Below are positions 19,331 to 31,684 of a stretch of DNA of 64,000 nucleotides, piece after piece (position 1 is the first letter of the stretch; each line of letters opens with the position of its first letter). Under the pieces are notes generated by a model. The model ran no database searches. It saw nothing but the letters and a program-made list of their open reading frames with translations, and was not told the DNA's origin. This stretch comes from Alphaproteobacteria bacterium. Lineage in GTDB: Bacteria > Pseudomonadota > Alphaproteobacteria > UBA828. The stretch is from contig CAXXMU010000002.1 in NCBI GenBank assembly GCA_963667785.2, positions 128,001-192,000 on the forward strand, in the 5' to 3' direction. The translations under genes were made by a program, and so were the position numbers.

Positions 19331-20425
19331 CTACGCCACCATGGTGCCGGAGTCGCTCAAGAATAGTCGTGTGTCGGCGCCGGCGAGCGAGATGTGCACG
19401 CTGTCGCCGGCCGTGTAGCGGGCGCCGGTCGCTTCCGCCACCACCATGCGGAGCGGCACGCCGGCCGCCTTCAGGTCGAGAATCGTGATGTCGCCCTGCG
19501 GCTCCGTGATCTCGATCGTCGCGGGCACGCCCCCTGCCCCGTCGTCGACGAGCGCGAGGTCGTGCGGCCTGATGCCGACCAATAGCTCGGTCCCGCTTTC
19601 GAGCGCCTGCAGTCCCTCGCGCCAGCGGTCGCCGTCAAGCTCCATGAACGGCAGCTCGATGGCGGGCGCGCCGGCGGAAGACGGCTTCAGCGTGCCCCTG
19701 ACCAGATTGATGGGCGGATCGCCGATCAGCGACGCGACGTGCCGGTCGACCGGCCGGGCATAGAGGCGGTCCGGCGTGTCGACCTGGGTGATGCGTCCGT
19801 GCTGGATCACCGCGACGCGCTCGCCGATGCTGAGCGCCTCGAGCTGGTCGGGCGTCGCGTAGAGCGTGGTCGTGCCGATCTCCCGATGGAGGCGCTTGAA
19901 CTCCGCACGCATGTCGTGGCGGAGCTTCGCGTCGAGGTTCGTCAGCGGCTCGTCGAAGAGGAAGAGCCGCGGGCGGCGGATGATGGCGCGCCCGATGGCG
20001 AGACGCTGCTGCTCGCCGCCGCTGAGCGAGGCCGGGCGGCGGTCCAGCGTATGGGTGATGCGAAGGAGCTCGGCCGTCTCGCGCACGCGGCCGTCGATCT
20101 CGGCGCGGCGCAGCTTCATCTCGCGCAGCGGGTAGGCGAGGTTCTGGAAGGTGGTGAGGTGGGGGTAGAGCGCGAAGCTCTGGAAGACCATCGCCATGTC
20201 GCGGCGCTTGACCGGGACGCCCGAGAGATCGTGCCCGTCCACCGTGAGCGTGCCGCCGTCCGGCTTCTCGAGGCCGGCGATGACGCGCAGCGTCGTCGTC
20301 TTTCCGGCCGCGCTCGGCCCGAACAGCACGAAGAATTCACCGTCCTCCACCTCCAGGTCGATGCCGCGAAGCGCGTGCACCGACCCGTAGCTCTTCGTCA
20401 ATCCGGAGAGGCGAAGCTGCGCCAT
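19331..20425 (-). CDS. CUT1 (MalK-like) ABC ATP-binding protein with altered H-switch
   Basis: GPSAAGKT, LSGGEQQR, FLFDEP; H-loop reads ATPDQ. Confidence 0.93.
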   Translation of the reverse strand: MAQLRLSGLTKSYGSVHALRGIDLEVEDGEFFVLFGPSAAGKTTTLRVIAGLEKPDGGTLTVDGHDLSGVPVKRRDMAMVFQSFALYPHLTTFQNLAYPLREMKLRRAEIDGRVRETAELLRITHTLDRRPASLSGGEQQRLAIGRAIIRRPRLFLFDEPLTNLDAKLRHDMRAEFKRLHREIGTTTLYATPDQLEALSIGERVAVIQHGRITQVDTPDRLYARPVDRHVASLIGDPPINLVRGTLKPSSAGAPAIELPFMELDGDRWREGLQALESGTELLVGIRPHDLALVDDGAGGVPATIEITEPQGDITILDLKAAGVPLRMVVAEATGARYTAGDSVHISLAGADTRLFLSDSGTMVA

Positions 20426-20703
20426 TCAACTCGTCCGTTGCGGCCGTCGGGCGACAGGTGCCGAACGCGATCCCGTCCGGCCGGGCCACCCTTCTCCCGT
20501 CGCCAACATAGCATCCCGGCCGCGCCCGCCAAACGCCGACGCGCGGGCCTGCTTGCCGATCGCGCCCCTATGCCGCGCCCGATACGCACTTAACAATCGG
20601 GCCGCGCTGTGCGAAAACCCGGCCCCGGCGGCCGCTTGCGCTCTTCGCGCATCCGGTAATTCCCTTTGTCGCCTTCTGGAGAAACGACGCAGCACCTTCG
20701 CCC

Positions 20704-20922
20704 ATGGCCAAAGAAGACCTGCTCGAGTTTTCCGGCACGGTTCGCGAAAAGCTGCCGGACACGATGTTCCGCGTGGCGCTCGACAACGGCCACGAGATCA
20801 TCGCGCGCCCGGCGGGCAAGATGCGGAAGTTCCGCATCCGCGTGCTGGTGGGCGATCGGGTCGATGTCGAGATGACTCCCTACGACCTTTCGAAGGGTCG
20901 GATCATCTTCCGCCACAAGTAG
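20704..20922 (+). CDS. infA: Translation initiation factor IF-1
   Basis: [38 protein letters not shown]; 72 aa. Confidence 0.97.
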   Translation: MAKEDLLEFSGTVREKLPDTMFRVALDNGHEIIARPAGKMRKFRIRVLVGDRVDVEMTPYDLSKGRIIFRHK

Positions 20923-21022
20923 GCCGCAAGCGGAGGGCGCGGGTGCGGGCGAGGCCGGCGCTGCCGGCCGGCAGCCGTCTCGCTGCTGCGGCGAGACCGA
21001 ACCGCCTCGGGGGAGAGCACGG

Positions 21023-21712
21023 ATGGCCCATCCGCGATTCGGCGATATCGGAGCGTGCGTCTTCGACGCCTACGGTACGCTGTTCGACTACAACTCGGCT
21101 GCCGCGCGTCATGCCGCGACGCTCGGCGACAAGGCCCCGGCGCTGGCCGAGCTCTGGCGGCTCAAGCAGCTTCAGTACACCTGGCTCAGGAGCCTGATGG
21201 GCCGCCATGCGGGGTTCTGGCAGGTCACCGGAGAGGCGCTCGACTACTCGATGGCGGCGCTCGACGTCGAGGACCCGGTGCTCCGCGACGGCCTGATGGA
21301 CGCCTACCGCACCCTGGATGCGTACCCGGAAGTGCCGGAGACGCTGGCGACGCTCCGGGCGCACGGGCTCAAGTGCGCGATCCTCTCGAACGGCGAGCCG
21401 GGGATGCTCGAGGCCGCGGTCGAGGCGGCGGGGATCGCCGGCAGCCTCGATGCCGTTCTCTCGGTGGAGGACGTCGGCATCTTCAAGCCGCACCCCTCGG
21501 TCTACCAGCTGGCGGTCGATCGGCTCGGCGTCCCGGCGGCGCGGGTGAGCTTCCAGTCGTCGAACGCCTGGGACGCCAACGGTGCCGCCGCCTTCGGCTT
21601 CCGCGTCGCCTGGTGCAACCGCTTCGGCCAGGGGCCGGAGCGCGTGCCCGAGGCGCCCGATGCCGAAATCGCCACGCTCGCCGAGCTTCCGGCGCTGCTG
21701 GATATCGGCTGA
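21023..21712 (+). CDS. Haloacid dehalogenase type II ((S)-2-haloacid dehalogenase)
   Basis: FDAYGTLFD, WR.KQLQYTW, LSNG, FKPHP, SSNAWD motifs. Confidence 0.92.
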   Translation: MAHPRFGDIGACVFDAYGTLFDYNSAAARHAATLGDKAPALAELWRLKQLQYTWLRSLMGRHAGFWQVTGEALDYSMAALDVEDPVLRDGLMDAYRTLDAYPEVPETLATLRAHGLKCAILSNGEPGMLEAAVEAAGIAGSLDAVLSVEDVGIFKPHPSVYQLAVDRLGVPAARVSFQSSNAWDANGAAAFGFRVAWCNRFGQGPERVPEAPDAEIATLAELPALLDIG

Positions 21713-21721
21713 GGCGGGCCG

Positions 21722-22333
21722 GTGCGCGCGCTGCGGGCGCTCGGCCTGATCGCGGCACTCGCCCTGGGCGGCGCTCTGGCGGGCGCCGCTCAGGCCGCTT
21801 CGCTCGGCGGCATGGTGCTGGTCGCGAACGAGGGCATGCCCGACCCGCGCTTCCAGGAGACGGTGATCTACATGATCGATCACGACGAAGGCGGCGCCTT
21901 CGGTCTCGTCGTCAACAAGCCCATCAGTACCGGGCCCATCGCCGCGCTCCTGGACCGGCTGCAGATCGATCCGGGCGAGGGGGATGGCGACGAGGTGCAG
22001 GGCTCCATCACCGTGCACTATGGCGGCCCCGTCGAGCCCGAGCGCGGGCTCATCCTCCACTCCGACGACTACGCGATCGAGGGCACCCAGCCCGTCTCCG
22101 CCGGGATCGCGCTGACCGGCCGCACCGACGTGCTGCGCGACATCGCCCACGGCCGGGGTCCGGGCCGCAGCCTGCTCCTCTTCGGCTATTGCGGCTGGGG
22201 GCCGGCGCAGCTTGAGGGCGAGCTCGCGCGCGGCGACTGGACCATCGTCGATGCCGACCCCGACCTCGTGCTGGGCACCGACCACGAGGACAAGTGGCGC
22301 CGCCTGCAACGCGGCGACGGCATCTTCATCTGA
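21722..22333 (+). CDS. YqgE/AlgH family protein with signal-peptide-like N-terminus
   Basis: DPRF..TVIY..DHDE.GAFGLVVNKP, YGGPVE..RG, GYCGWGPAQLEGE motifs. Confidence 0.88.
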   Translation: MRALRALGLIAALALGGALAGAAQAASLGGMVLVANEGMPDPRFQETVIYMIDHDEGGAFGLVVNKPISTGPIAALLDRLQIDPGEGDGDEVQGSITVHYGGPVEPERGLILHSDDYAIEGTQPVSAGIALTGRTDVLRDIAHGRGPGRSLLLFGYCGWGPAQLEGELARGDWTIVDADPDLVLGTDHEDKWRRLQRGDGIFI

Positions 22334-22477
22334 GGCGGTGCGGTCCGCGGCCTCCGGGCACGCATTCGCCAAGGCGGCCCGGCCACGGGCACGGGCGGCG
22401 CGAGAGGAAGATTCTTTTTCGTGCCAGTCAGTTACGCCAAATTGGGTTCGTTTTGCAAAAAAGCCGTTCGACGGCCG

Positions 22478-22660
22478 TCAGCGCGCGCACAACGCGAACC
22501 GCCCCCCGCCCGTGGTCGGCACCACCTGGCAAGAAAATCCATCGCTCCGGCACTCGTTCAACGCGTCCACCTCCGCTGCCGATAGCGAGTTTCCTGTGCC
22601 TCCCGCGACCGAGCCGGGGCGACGCGCAGGTGAAGGCTTAATAACACTCATCGTTCCCAT
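22478..22660 (-). pseudogene. Orphan C-terminal fragment homologous to the tip of the upstream lipoprotein
   Basis: GTGNSLSAAEVDALNECRSDGFSCQVVPTTGGGRFALCAR* aligns with GLGNTRAEAERAALNACRSGGATNCRLHRDSGGGRWARCTD*. Confidence 0.55.
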
Positions 22661-22701
22661 CCCATGTTATTTATTGTGCGTAGCGAAATGCGGACACATT
22701 G

Positions 22702-24452
22702 TCAGTCCGTGCACCTAGCCCAGCGTCCCCCCCCACTATCTCGATGAAGTCGGCAGTTGGTAGCTCCGCCACTACGACAAGCGTTTAGGGCAGCCCTTTC
22801 TGCTTCTGCTCTTGTGTTTCCCAATCCCGTTTCATAGAAGCAAGAGTTTCTGGTATCACCATACGCCGAGGCCGCGCATAGGGAGCGGCCTGAATAAGCA
22901 CTCCCAAAGTCTTGCCGAAAGACACAATTTACTCCACCAATGCTACGGCATAAATTTATGGCCGCAGCACGAGCATCGCTTCGGCTGGAGTGATTGGAAC
23001 TGATTCCGGCACTATACGCGCAAGTGCGGCCCGGCGCATTCCAGGATTGCGCTATTGCGCCAAAGTAACGGAGCGCGGTCGCACCTCTGACGTCGAAGCT
23101 GAGCTGGGCCGTCAGGCCGCCCGGGTCGCGCGCCGTCACCGTGATCCTCGCCGCGCCGGTCGTGTGAACGCCTGCACCGCGGTGATCGTGAGCGTGCTGC
23201 CCGAGATCGACGCCCGCACAAAGCTCGGCGCGTTCGAACTCGCGCTGTAAGTCAGCCTGTCACGGTCGGGGTCGGAGAAGCGGCTCGAGACGTCGATGGT
23301 CCTGGATTGCCCCACGGTCATATTCGACACGTCGCTGATCCCGCCCTGCACGACGGGAGGGCGGTTGCCGCTAGCCGCACCTCTGACGTCGAAGCTGAGC
23401 TGGGCCGTCAGGCCGCCCGGGTCGCGCGCCGTCACCGTGATCCTCGCCGCGCCGGTCGTGAACGCCTGCACCGCGGTGATCGTGAGCGTGCTGCCCGAGA
23501 TCGACGCCCGCACAAAGCTCGGCGCGTTCGAACTCGCGCTGTAAGTCAGCCTGTCACGGTCGGGGTCGGAGAAGCGGCTCGAGACGTCGATGGTCCTGGA
23601 TTGCCCCACGGTCATATTCGACACGTCGCTGATCCCGCCCTGCACGACGGGAGGGCGGTTGCCGCTAGCCGCACCTGTGACGTCGAAGCTGAGCTGGGCC
23701 GTCAGGCCGCCCGGGTCGCGCGCCGTCACCGTGATCCTCGCCGCGCCGGTCGTGAACGCCTGCACCGCGGTGATCGTGAGCGTGCTGCCCGAGATCGACG
23801 CCCGCACAAAGCTCGGCGCGCTCGAACTCGCGCTGTAGGTCAGCCTGTCACGGTCGGGGTCGGAGAAGCGGCTCGAGACGTCGATGGTCCTGGATTGCCC
23901 CACGGTCATATTCGACACGTCGCTGATCCCGCCCTGCACGACGGGAGGGCGGTTGATGCCCGAGGGTCTCCAAGTGCCTGAGTCGGGCCCGCCGGAAGCA
24001 CAGCCCGAGACCAACACGACGCAATCGGCGCTGGATCCCAAAACGCTTTGGCAATTGCGGATCGCAGCCGAGCGCGCCTCGGCGAGTGAATTTCTTCCGT
24101 GCGGGCTTGCGTGGCAGTTGCCTGAGGAGTTTTGGCCAACACCGACCGCCACACATTGTTCAAATGACCTTGATCTACACCGGGGGAAGGTACCACCTGC
24201 TGCCGCACTTTGTGCCAGTAATGTGCAGCCCTGTCGCGCACCATTCTCTGCACTCGATGCCGACGAGGCGAGGGTTACGATATTGGCCACTGCAAACGAA
24301 CAATCCGACGATAAGGTGTGTGAGACTCCGCCATATCTGGACGAGGGCTGCCCGCCATTACCATTGCCATTGCCACCGCCACCGCAAGCAGAGAGAGTAG
24401 CCGCGAGAACCCCTGCGCAGGCGAGCGCCAGAGACCACCTCATAGACTTCAC
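22702..24452 (-). pseudogene. Lipoprotein with two Cys-rich DUF4189-like domains flanking three Ig/cadherin-like repeats; 2-bp frameshift near 23162
   Basis: Lipobox LSAC; ORFs 23136..24452 and 22702..23139 join if the extra GT in GTCGTGTGAAC (other copies GTCGTGAAC) is removed; repeat motifs N.PP, FSDPD.D.LTY, VTARDPGG. Start may be ATG 24443. Confidence 0.75.
23080..23955. repeat. Three near-identical 294-bp tandem repeats (98-aa Ig-like domain)
   Basis: Equivalent positions at 23367, 23661, 23955 (period 294); a few SNPs and one 2-bp insertion. Confidence 0.95.
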
Positions 24453-25606
24453 TCCCCGTTCTCCAAGAGCCGCTTAGGCAACTGAGCGGACATGTTCTCG
24501 CCGTCAAAGTCTCCGGAGTCGTCGACCTTCAGCTCAGGCGTTTCGCGTTCTACGACCTCGATCTCGCCCACATGATCCGCTGAGCGCCACAGCATCCCCG
24601 CCTCGGCCTCGCGGGACGCCGGGTCGCGGCGGCCGAGGCCCTCCCAGCGCAGGTCCGAGCGGTCGAGGACACCCAGCGGGATCGAGACCGACGCGTGCAG
24701 CGCAACCGAATCGTCGCCCGCCCCCACGTCGTCCCAGCCGCCCTGCACCTCGAACCACGGATGCGGCTGCCAGCCGAGGCCGAGGCGCGCCCGCTCCGCC
24801 CACGCGCCCGAGCCGTCCTGGCTCTCCCAGCGCCCGGCAGCGGCGCGCAGGTGGACGGTCGTGGTCAGGTCCGCGCTGTAGGCGAGCTCCGCGCCCGCGA
24901 TCGCCCGCTCCTCGTAGCCATGGTGCCCGGGCCGCCAGTCGGTCGTCGGCATGTAGTTAGGTGAGCGAGCCCTGGCCCCAGCGATCCAGGTACTCGAGCC
25001 CGGTCACCAGCCGCGCGTGCCCCCGCTCGACGTTCTCCTGCACGAACATCGAGGCGCCGATGACCCCGTCGCCCGGCTCCTCGAAGAGCGCATGGCGGTG
25101 CACCGCGCCAAGGCGGACGTCGCTGCGCTGGAAGCCGCGCGCATCGCGCCACCGCGTCACCCCGTTCTGGACGAAGAAGGAGCGCGTCACCGCATCGCCC
25201 TCGACCGAGGAGAGCGCGCTCAGGGCAGGATCACGTCCAGGTCGGCGCTCAGTGTGCCGGTCGACGCGGTGAGCCCGAGCCGGCGGTCGATGTGGAAGTG
25301 CTCGCCGAAGCGCGCCTTGCCGTGGCGCTCGACGAGCTGCAGCGCGCTGTCGGCGAGCCTGGAGAACACCTGCTCGATGGCGCAGTCGGTGGCCGGGGTG
25401 ACGTCGTCCTGCACGTACTGGAGGGTGCCGACGCAGTTCTCGACCCCGAACATGCCGACGCCCCAGTCCCTGGGCACGGCGGCGTGCTCGTCGGCCTGGG
25501 CCGGAAGCGACCCGAGCGCGAGCGCCAGCGCCAGTGCGACAGCCAGCATGGGCAGGGGGCGGGGGAGCCGGTCTCGCAAGCGGCGGTTAGAAATCCGATC
25601 GCGCAT
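24449..25606 (-). pseudogene. Inverse autotransporter (intimin/invasin-type) beta-barrel protein without passenger; two frameshifts
   Basis: AGGAG RBS + ATG 25606, signal peptide AQA; motifs GH.RL..GLEY, YYMPTTDWR, GYEERAIAG; 1-nt loss near 25222 and 1-nt gain near 24957 split it into three ORFs. Confidence 0.65.
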
Positions 25607-25795
25607 CGCACATCTCCTATGCCTACCCGCGATCAACGGTATGCACTTTCGGCGAGCAGATCAATAAGCTTGTCGAATACCGCCCCTGCCTTACCGCCCT
25701 GATTTGGCTGACTTATCCGACTCTTCGATCGGCCGTATCGGAGAATCGACGCGCAGATCGTCGAATTCGGCGCGGGCTGCGGCGCGCGATCGGGC

Positions 25796-28666
<2,871 letters not shown>

Positions 28667-28721
28667 GGCGAGATCCCGACAGCCACCGTCTGCCGCCGCC
28701 TGCTGCGACGCCAATGACCGA

Positions 28722-28750
28722 GAGATAGGGATGTGCCCCAGCCCTGTCAA
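28722..28750 (-). promoter_or_regulatory. Putative sigma70 promoter of secA
   Basis: TTGACA-N17-TATCTC on the minus strand, about 55 bp upstream of the ATG. Confidence 0.55.
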
Positions 28751-28822
28751 CGCGGCTTGCGGCCTTCTTCCCGGTCCGGGTGAGCGGTTATGGTGGGCGC
28801 CGTCTGCCATCAGGAGAGGTCG

Positions 28823-30055
28823 ATGACCGCCCTATCGCCGCTTGCGCCCGCTCGCTTTCCCGACCTGCCGCCGGTCCCCGGCGTCCGCCTCGCCGCCGTC
28901 GAGGCGCAGCTCCGCTATCGGGGGCGCCCCGACCTGCTGCTGGCGTCGCTCGCCCCGGAGACGGCCGCGGCGGGCGTGCTTACCCGATCCCGCACCGCAG
29001 CGCCCCCGGTCGCGTGGTGCCGGGCGTTGCTGGGCGAGGGACGCGGCGCCCGGGCGCTGGTGGTCAATGCCGGCAACGCCAATGCCGCGACCGGGGAGCC
29101 GGGCCACGCCGCCGTGCGCCGGACGGCGGACGCGGCTGCCGCGCTCGTCGGCTGCGAGGCGCGGGAGGTCTACGTCTGCTCGACCGGGGTGATCGGCGAG
29201 CAGCTTCCGGCCGAGCGGCTCGCCGCGGCGCTGCCGGCGCTCCACTCCGGCCTCGCGGACGGTGTCTGGGCCGAGGCCGCGGCGGCGATCATGACCACCG
29301 ACACCTTCCCCAAGGGCGCCCACGCCCGCGCCGAGATCGACGGCGTGCCGGTCACGATCGCCGGCATCGCCAAAGGCTCCGGCATGATCGCGCCCGACAT
29401 GGCCACCATGCTGGCTTTCGTCTTCACCGACGCGAACCTGCCGGCGGCGGCGCTCGGGCCCGCGCTCCGGCGCGGCGTCGGCCGCTCCTTCAACGCCATC
29501 ACGGTGGACGGCGACACCTCGACCAACGACAGTTGCCTCCTCTTCGCCACCGGGGCCGCCCGCCACCGGCGCATCGAGCGGGCGAGCGACCGGCGCCTGC
29601 GCGGATTCCGCGAGGCGCTGGAGGCGGTGCTGACCGATCTCGCGCTGCAGATCGTGCGGGACGGGGAGGGTGCCCAAAAGCTCGTCTCGATCACCGTGCG
29701 GGGTGCGGCGACGGAAGCGGCGGCGCGCCGCCTCGGGCTCACCATCGCCAACTCGCCGCTGGTCAAGACGGCGATCGCCGGCGAGGACCCCAATTGGGGG
29801 CGGATCGTCGCGGCGGCGGGCAGGGCCGGGGTCTCCTTCGACCAGGGGAAGCTCGCGATCTGGATCGGCGACGCGCGCGCGGCGCTGAGCGGCGCGGCCG
29901 ACCCCGCCTTCGACGAGCCGGCGGCGGCGCGTCACATGAAGGGGCAGGAGGTGAAGATCGCTGTCGAGATCGGCTCAGGGCCCGGCAGCGCCACCGTCTG
30001 GACCTGCGACCTCACCCACGCCTATATCGACATCAATGCCGATTACCGCTCCTGA
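28823..30055 (+). CDS. argJ: Glutamate N-acetyltransferase / amino-acid acetyltransferase
   Basis: [55 protein letters not shown]. Confidence 0.97.
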   Translation: MTALSPLAPARFPDLPPVPGVRLAAVEAQLRYRGRPDLLLASLAPETAAAGVLTRSRTAAPPVAWCRALLGEGRGARALVVNAGNANAATGEPGHAAVRRTADAAAALVGCEAREVYVCSTGVIGEQLPAERLAAALPALHSGLADGVWAEAAAAIMTTDTFPKGAHARAEIDGVPVTIAGIAKGSGMIAPDMATMLAFVFTDANLPAAALGPALRRGVGRSFNAITVDGDTSTNDSCLLFATGAARHRRIERASDRRLRGFREALEAVLTDLALQIVRDGEGAQKLVSITVRGAATEAAARRLGLTIANSPLVKTAIAGEDPNWGRIVAAAGRAGVSFDQGKLAIWIGDARAALSGAADPAFDEPAAARHMKGQEVKIAVEIGSGPGSATVWTCDLTHAYIDINADYRS

Positions 30056-30473
30056 GGGGGCTCCCGAAGGAGTGCAGCCGCTGGTCCTCGTGGCCGCGGC
30101 GGCGCTGGTCGATGCGGACGGCCGGGTGCTGCTGGCGCGCCGGCCCGCGGGCAAAACCATGGCCGGGCTCTGGGAGTTCCCCGGCGGCAAGGTCGCGGCG
30201 GACGAGACGCCGGAGCGCGCGCTCATCCGCGAACTTCGCGAGGAGCTTGGCATCGACGTCGAGCAGAGCTGCCTCGCACCCTTGGCCTTTGCCTCCCACG
30301 GCTACGACGATTTCCACCTCCTCATGCCGCTCTACGTCTGCCGAATCTGGCACGGCACAGTCGCGCCGAGGGAGGGGCAGGAGCTTCGCTGGGTGCGCCC
30401 GGCGCGGCTCGGCGACTATCCCATGCCGCCGGCGGATGCGCCGCTGATCCCGGTGCTGCGGGACCTCCTTTAG
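30036..30473 (+). CDS. mutT: 8-oxo-dGTP diphosphatase (NUDIX)
   Basis: WEFPGGKV...ETPE.ALIREL.EELG NUDIX box, FHLLMPLY, MPPAD; follows argJ. Confidence 0.9.
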   Translation: MPITAPEGAPEGVQPLVLVAAAALVDADGRVLLARRPAGKTMAGLWEFPGGKVAADETPERALIRELREELGIDVEQSCLAPLAFASHGYDDFHLLMPLYVCRIWHGTVAPREGQELRWVRPARLGDYPMPPADAPLIPVLRDLL

Positions 30474-30494
30474 TCCTGATCCGGCCATGTGCCC

Positions 30495-31604
30495 ATGAAG
30501 ATCGCCGCGATCGACATCACCCGCCACCGCATCGCGCTCGACCCGCCGGTGCCGGTCTCGTGGGACAGCCGGCCGCGCGCGAGCTTCTCCGTCAGCATCG
30601 TTCGCGTCCGCACCGACGAGGGGCTGGAGGGCGTGGCCGCCGGCGACACCATGGGGGGCTTCGCCGAGCACGCGGACTTGTTTATCGGCCGCGATCCGCG
30701 CGAGATCGAGCGGCTCCACGCCGTGCTCGACAATCTCTGCTTCCACCACGGTCGCTGGTGGCCGCTCGACATCGCGCTCTGGGACCTGCGCGGCAAGATC
30801 GAGGGCCGGCCGGTGTTCCGCCTGCTCGGCGGCGACGGCAACCGGGTGCGGGCCTACGCCTCGACCGCGCTCAGGCGGGACGAGGCCGCGAGCCGCGCGC
30901 TCGCGCAGGCGCTCGTTGCGCGCGGCTTCCGCGCCATCAAGCTGCGGCTCTCCACTGACGACTGGCGGCGGGACCTGGGCCGCGTCGCCGCGGTGCGTGA
31001 CGCCGTGGGGCCCGGCATCGAGCTGATGGTCGACTGCAACCAGGGCTGGCGCATGCCTTGGGACACCGCGCCCTCCTGGGAGCTCGCGACCGCCCGCGAG
31101 GTGGCGCTCGCGCTCGCCGAGCTCGACGTCTACTGGATGGAGGAGCCGCTGCATCGCGGCGACTACGCCGGCATGGCGGCGCTGCGCTGGGAGGCGGATA
31201 TCAGGATCGCCGGCGGCGAGGTGACCCGCGAGGCCCACGAGTTCCGCACGCTGATCGAGCGCCGCTGCCTCGACGTGCTGCAGCCGGACTGCGTCTTCGT
31301 CGGCGGCATCACCGGGCTCGCGCGCATTGCTGAGGCGGCGCACCGGGCGGGTCTCATGTTCACGCCGCACACCTGGGGCAGCGGCCTGATCATGCTGGCC
31401 AACGCGCACCTCACGGTGGGCGTCGGCGGCGGGCCCTGGCTCGAGTTCCCGTTCGACCCGCCGGACTGGGTGCCGGCACGGCGCGACTTCTACTTGGCAG
31501 GGCCCATCGAGACCGACGAGGAGGGCTGGCTGGTACTGCCGGATCGACCCGGCCTCGGTGCGGTGCTCGACGAGGACGTGCTGCGCGAGACCCTGGTGCG
31601 CTGA
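30495..31604 (+). CDS. Mandelate racemase/muconate lactonizing enzyme family protein
   Basis: DIALWDLRGK, IKLR, MVDCNQ, WMEEP, GGE, LQPD, TPH motifs. Confidence 0.9.
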   Translation: MKIAAIDITRHRIALDPPVPVSWDSRPRASFSVSIVRVRTDEGLEGVAAGDTMGGFAEHADLFIGRDPREIERLHAVLDNLCFHHGRWWPLDIALWDLRGKIEGRPVFRLLGGDGNRVRAYASTALRRDEAASRALAQALVARGFRAIKLRLSTDDWRRDLGRVAAVRDAVGPGIELMVDCNQGWRMPWDTAPSWELATAREVALALAELDVYWMEEPLHRGDYAGMAALRWEADIRIAGGEVTREAHEFRTLIERRCLDVLQPDCVFVGGITGLARIAEAAHRAGLMFTPHTWGSGLIMLANAHLTVGVGGGPWLEFPFDPPDWVPARRDFYLAGPIETDEEGWLVLPDRPGLGAVLDEDVLRETLVR

Positions 31605-31684
31605 GCTGGTTGGTCCCCGCCGCCGCCGTCGCGAGGGCGGGATGACAGACGGGCGCGCGCCGGCCATGATCCGCCACCCCGTCC

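Noticed and set aside
23080-23955. CRISPR or diversity-generating retroelement reading of the repeats
   Set aside because: Units are 294-bp in-frame coding repeats without spacers; no cas or reverse transcriptase gene; too few differences to show adenine-specific mutagenesis.
28667-28822. Missing peptidyl-prolyl isomerase often found between secA and argJ
   Set aside because: Ordinary synteny variation; no remnant seen.
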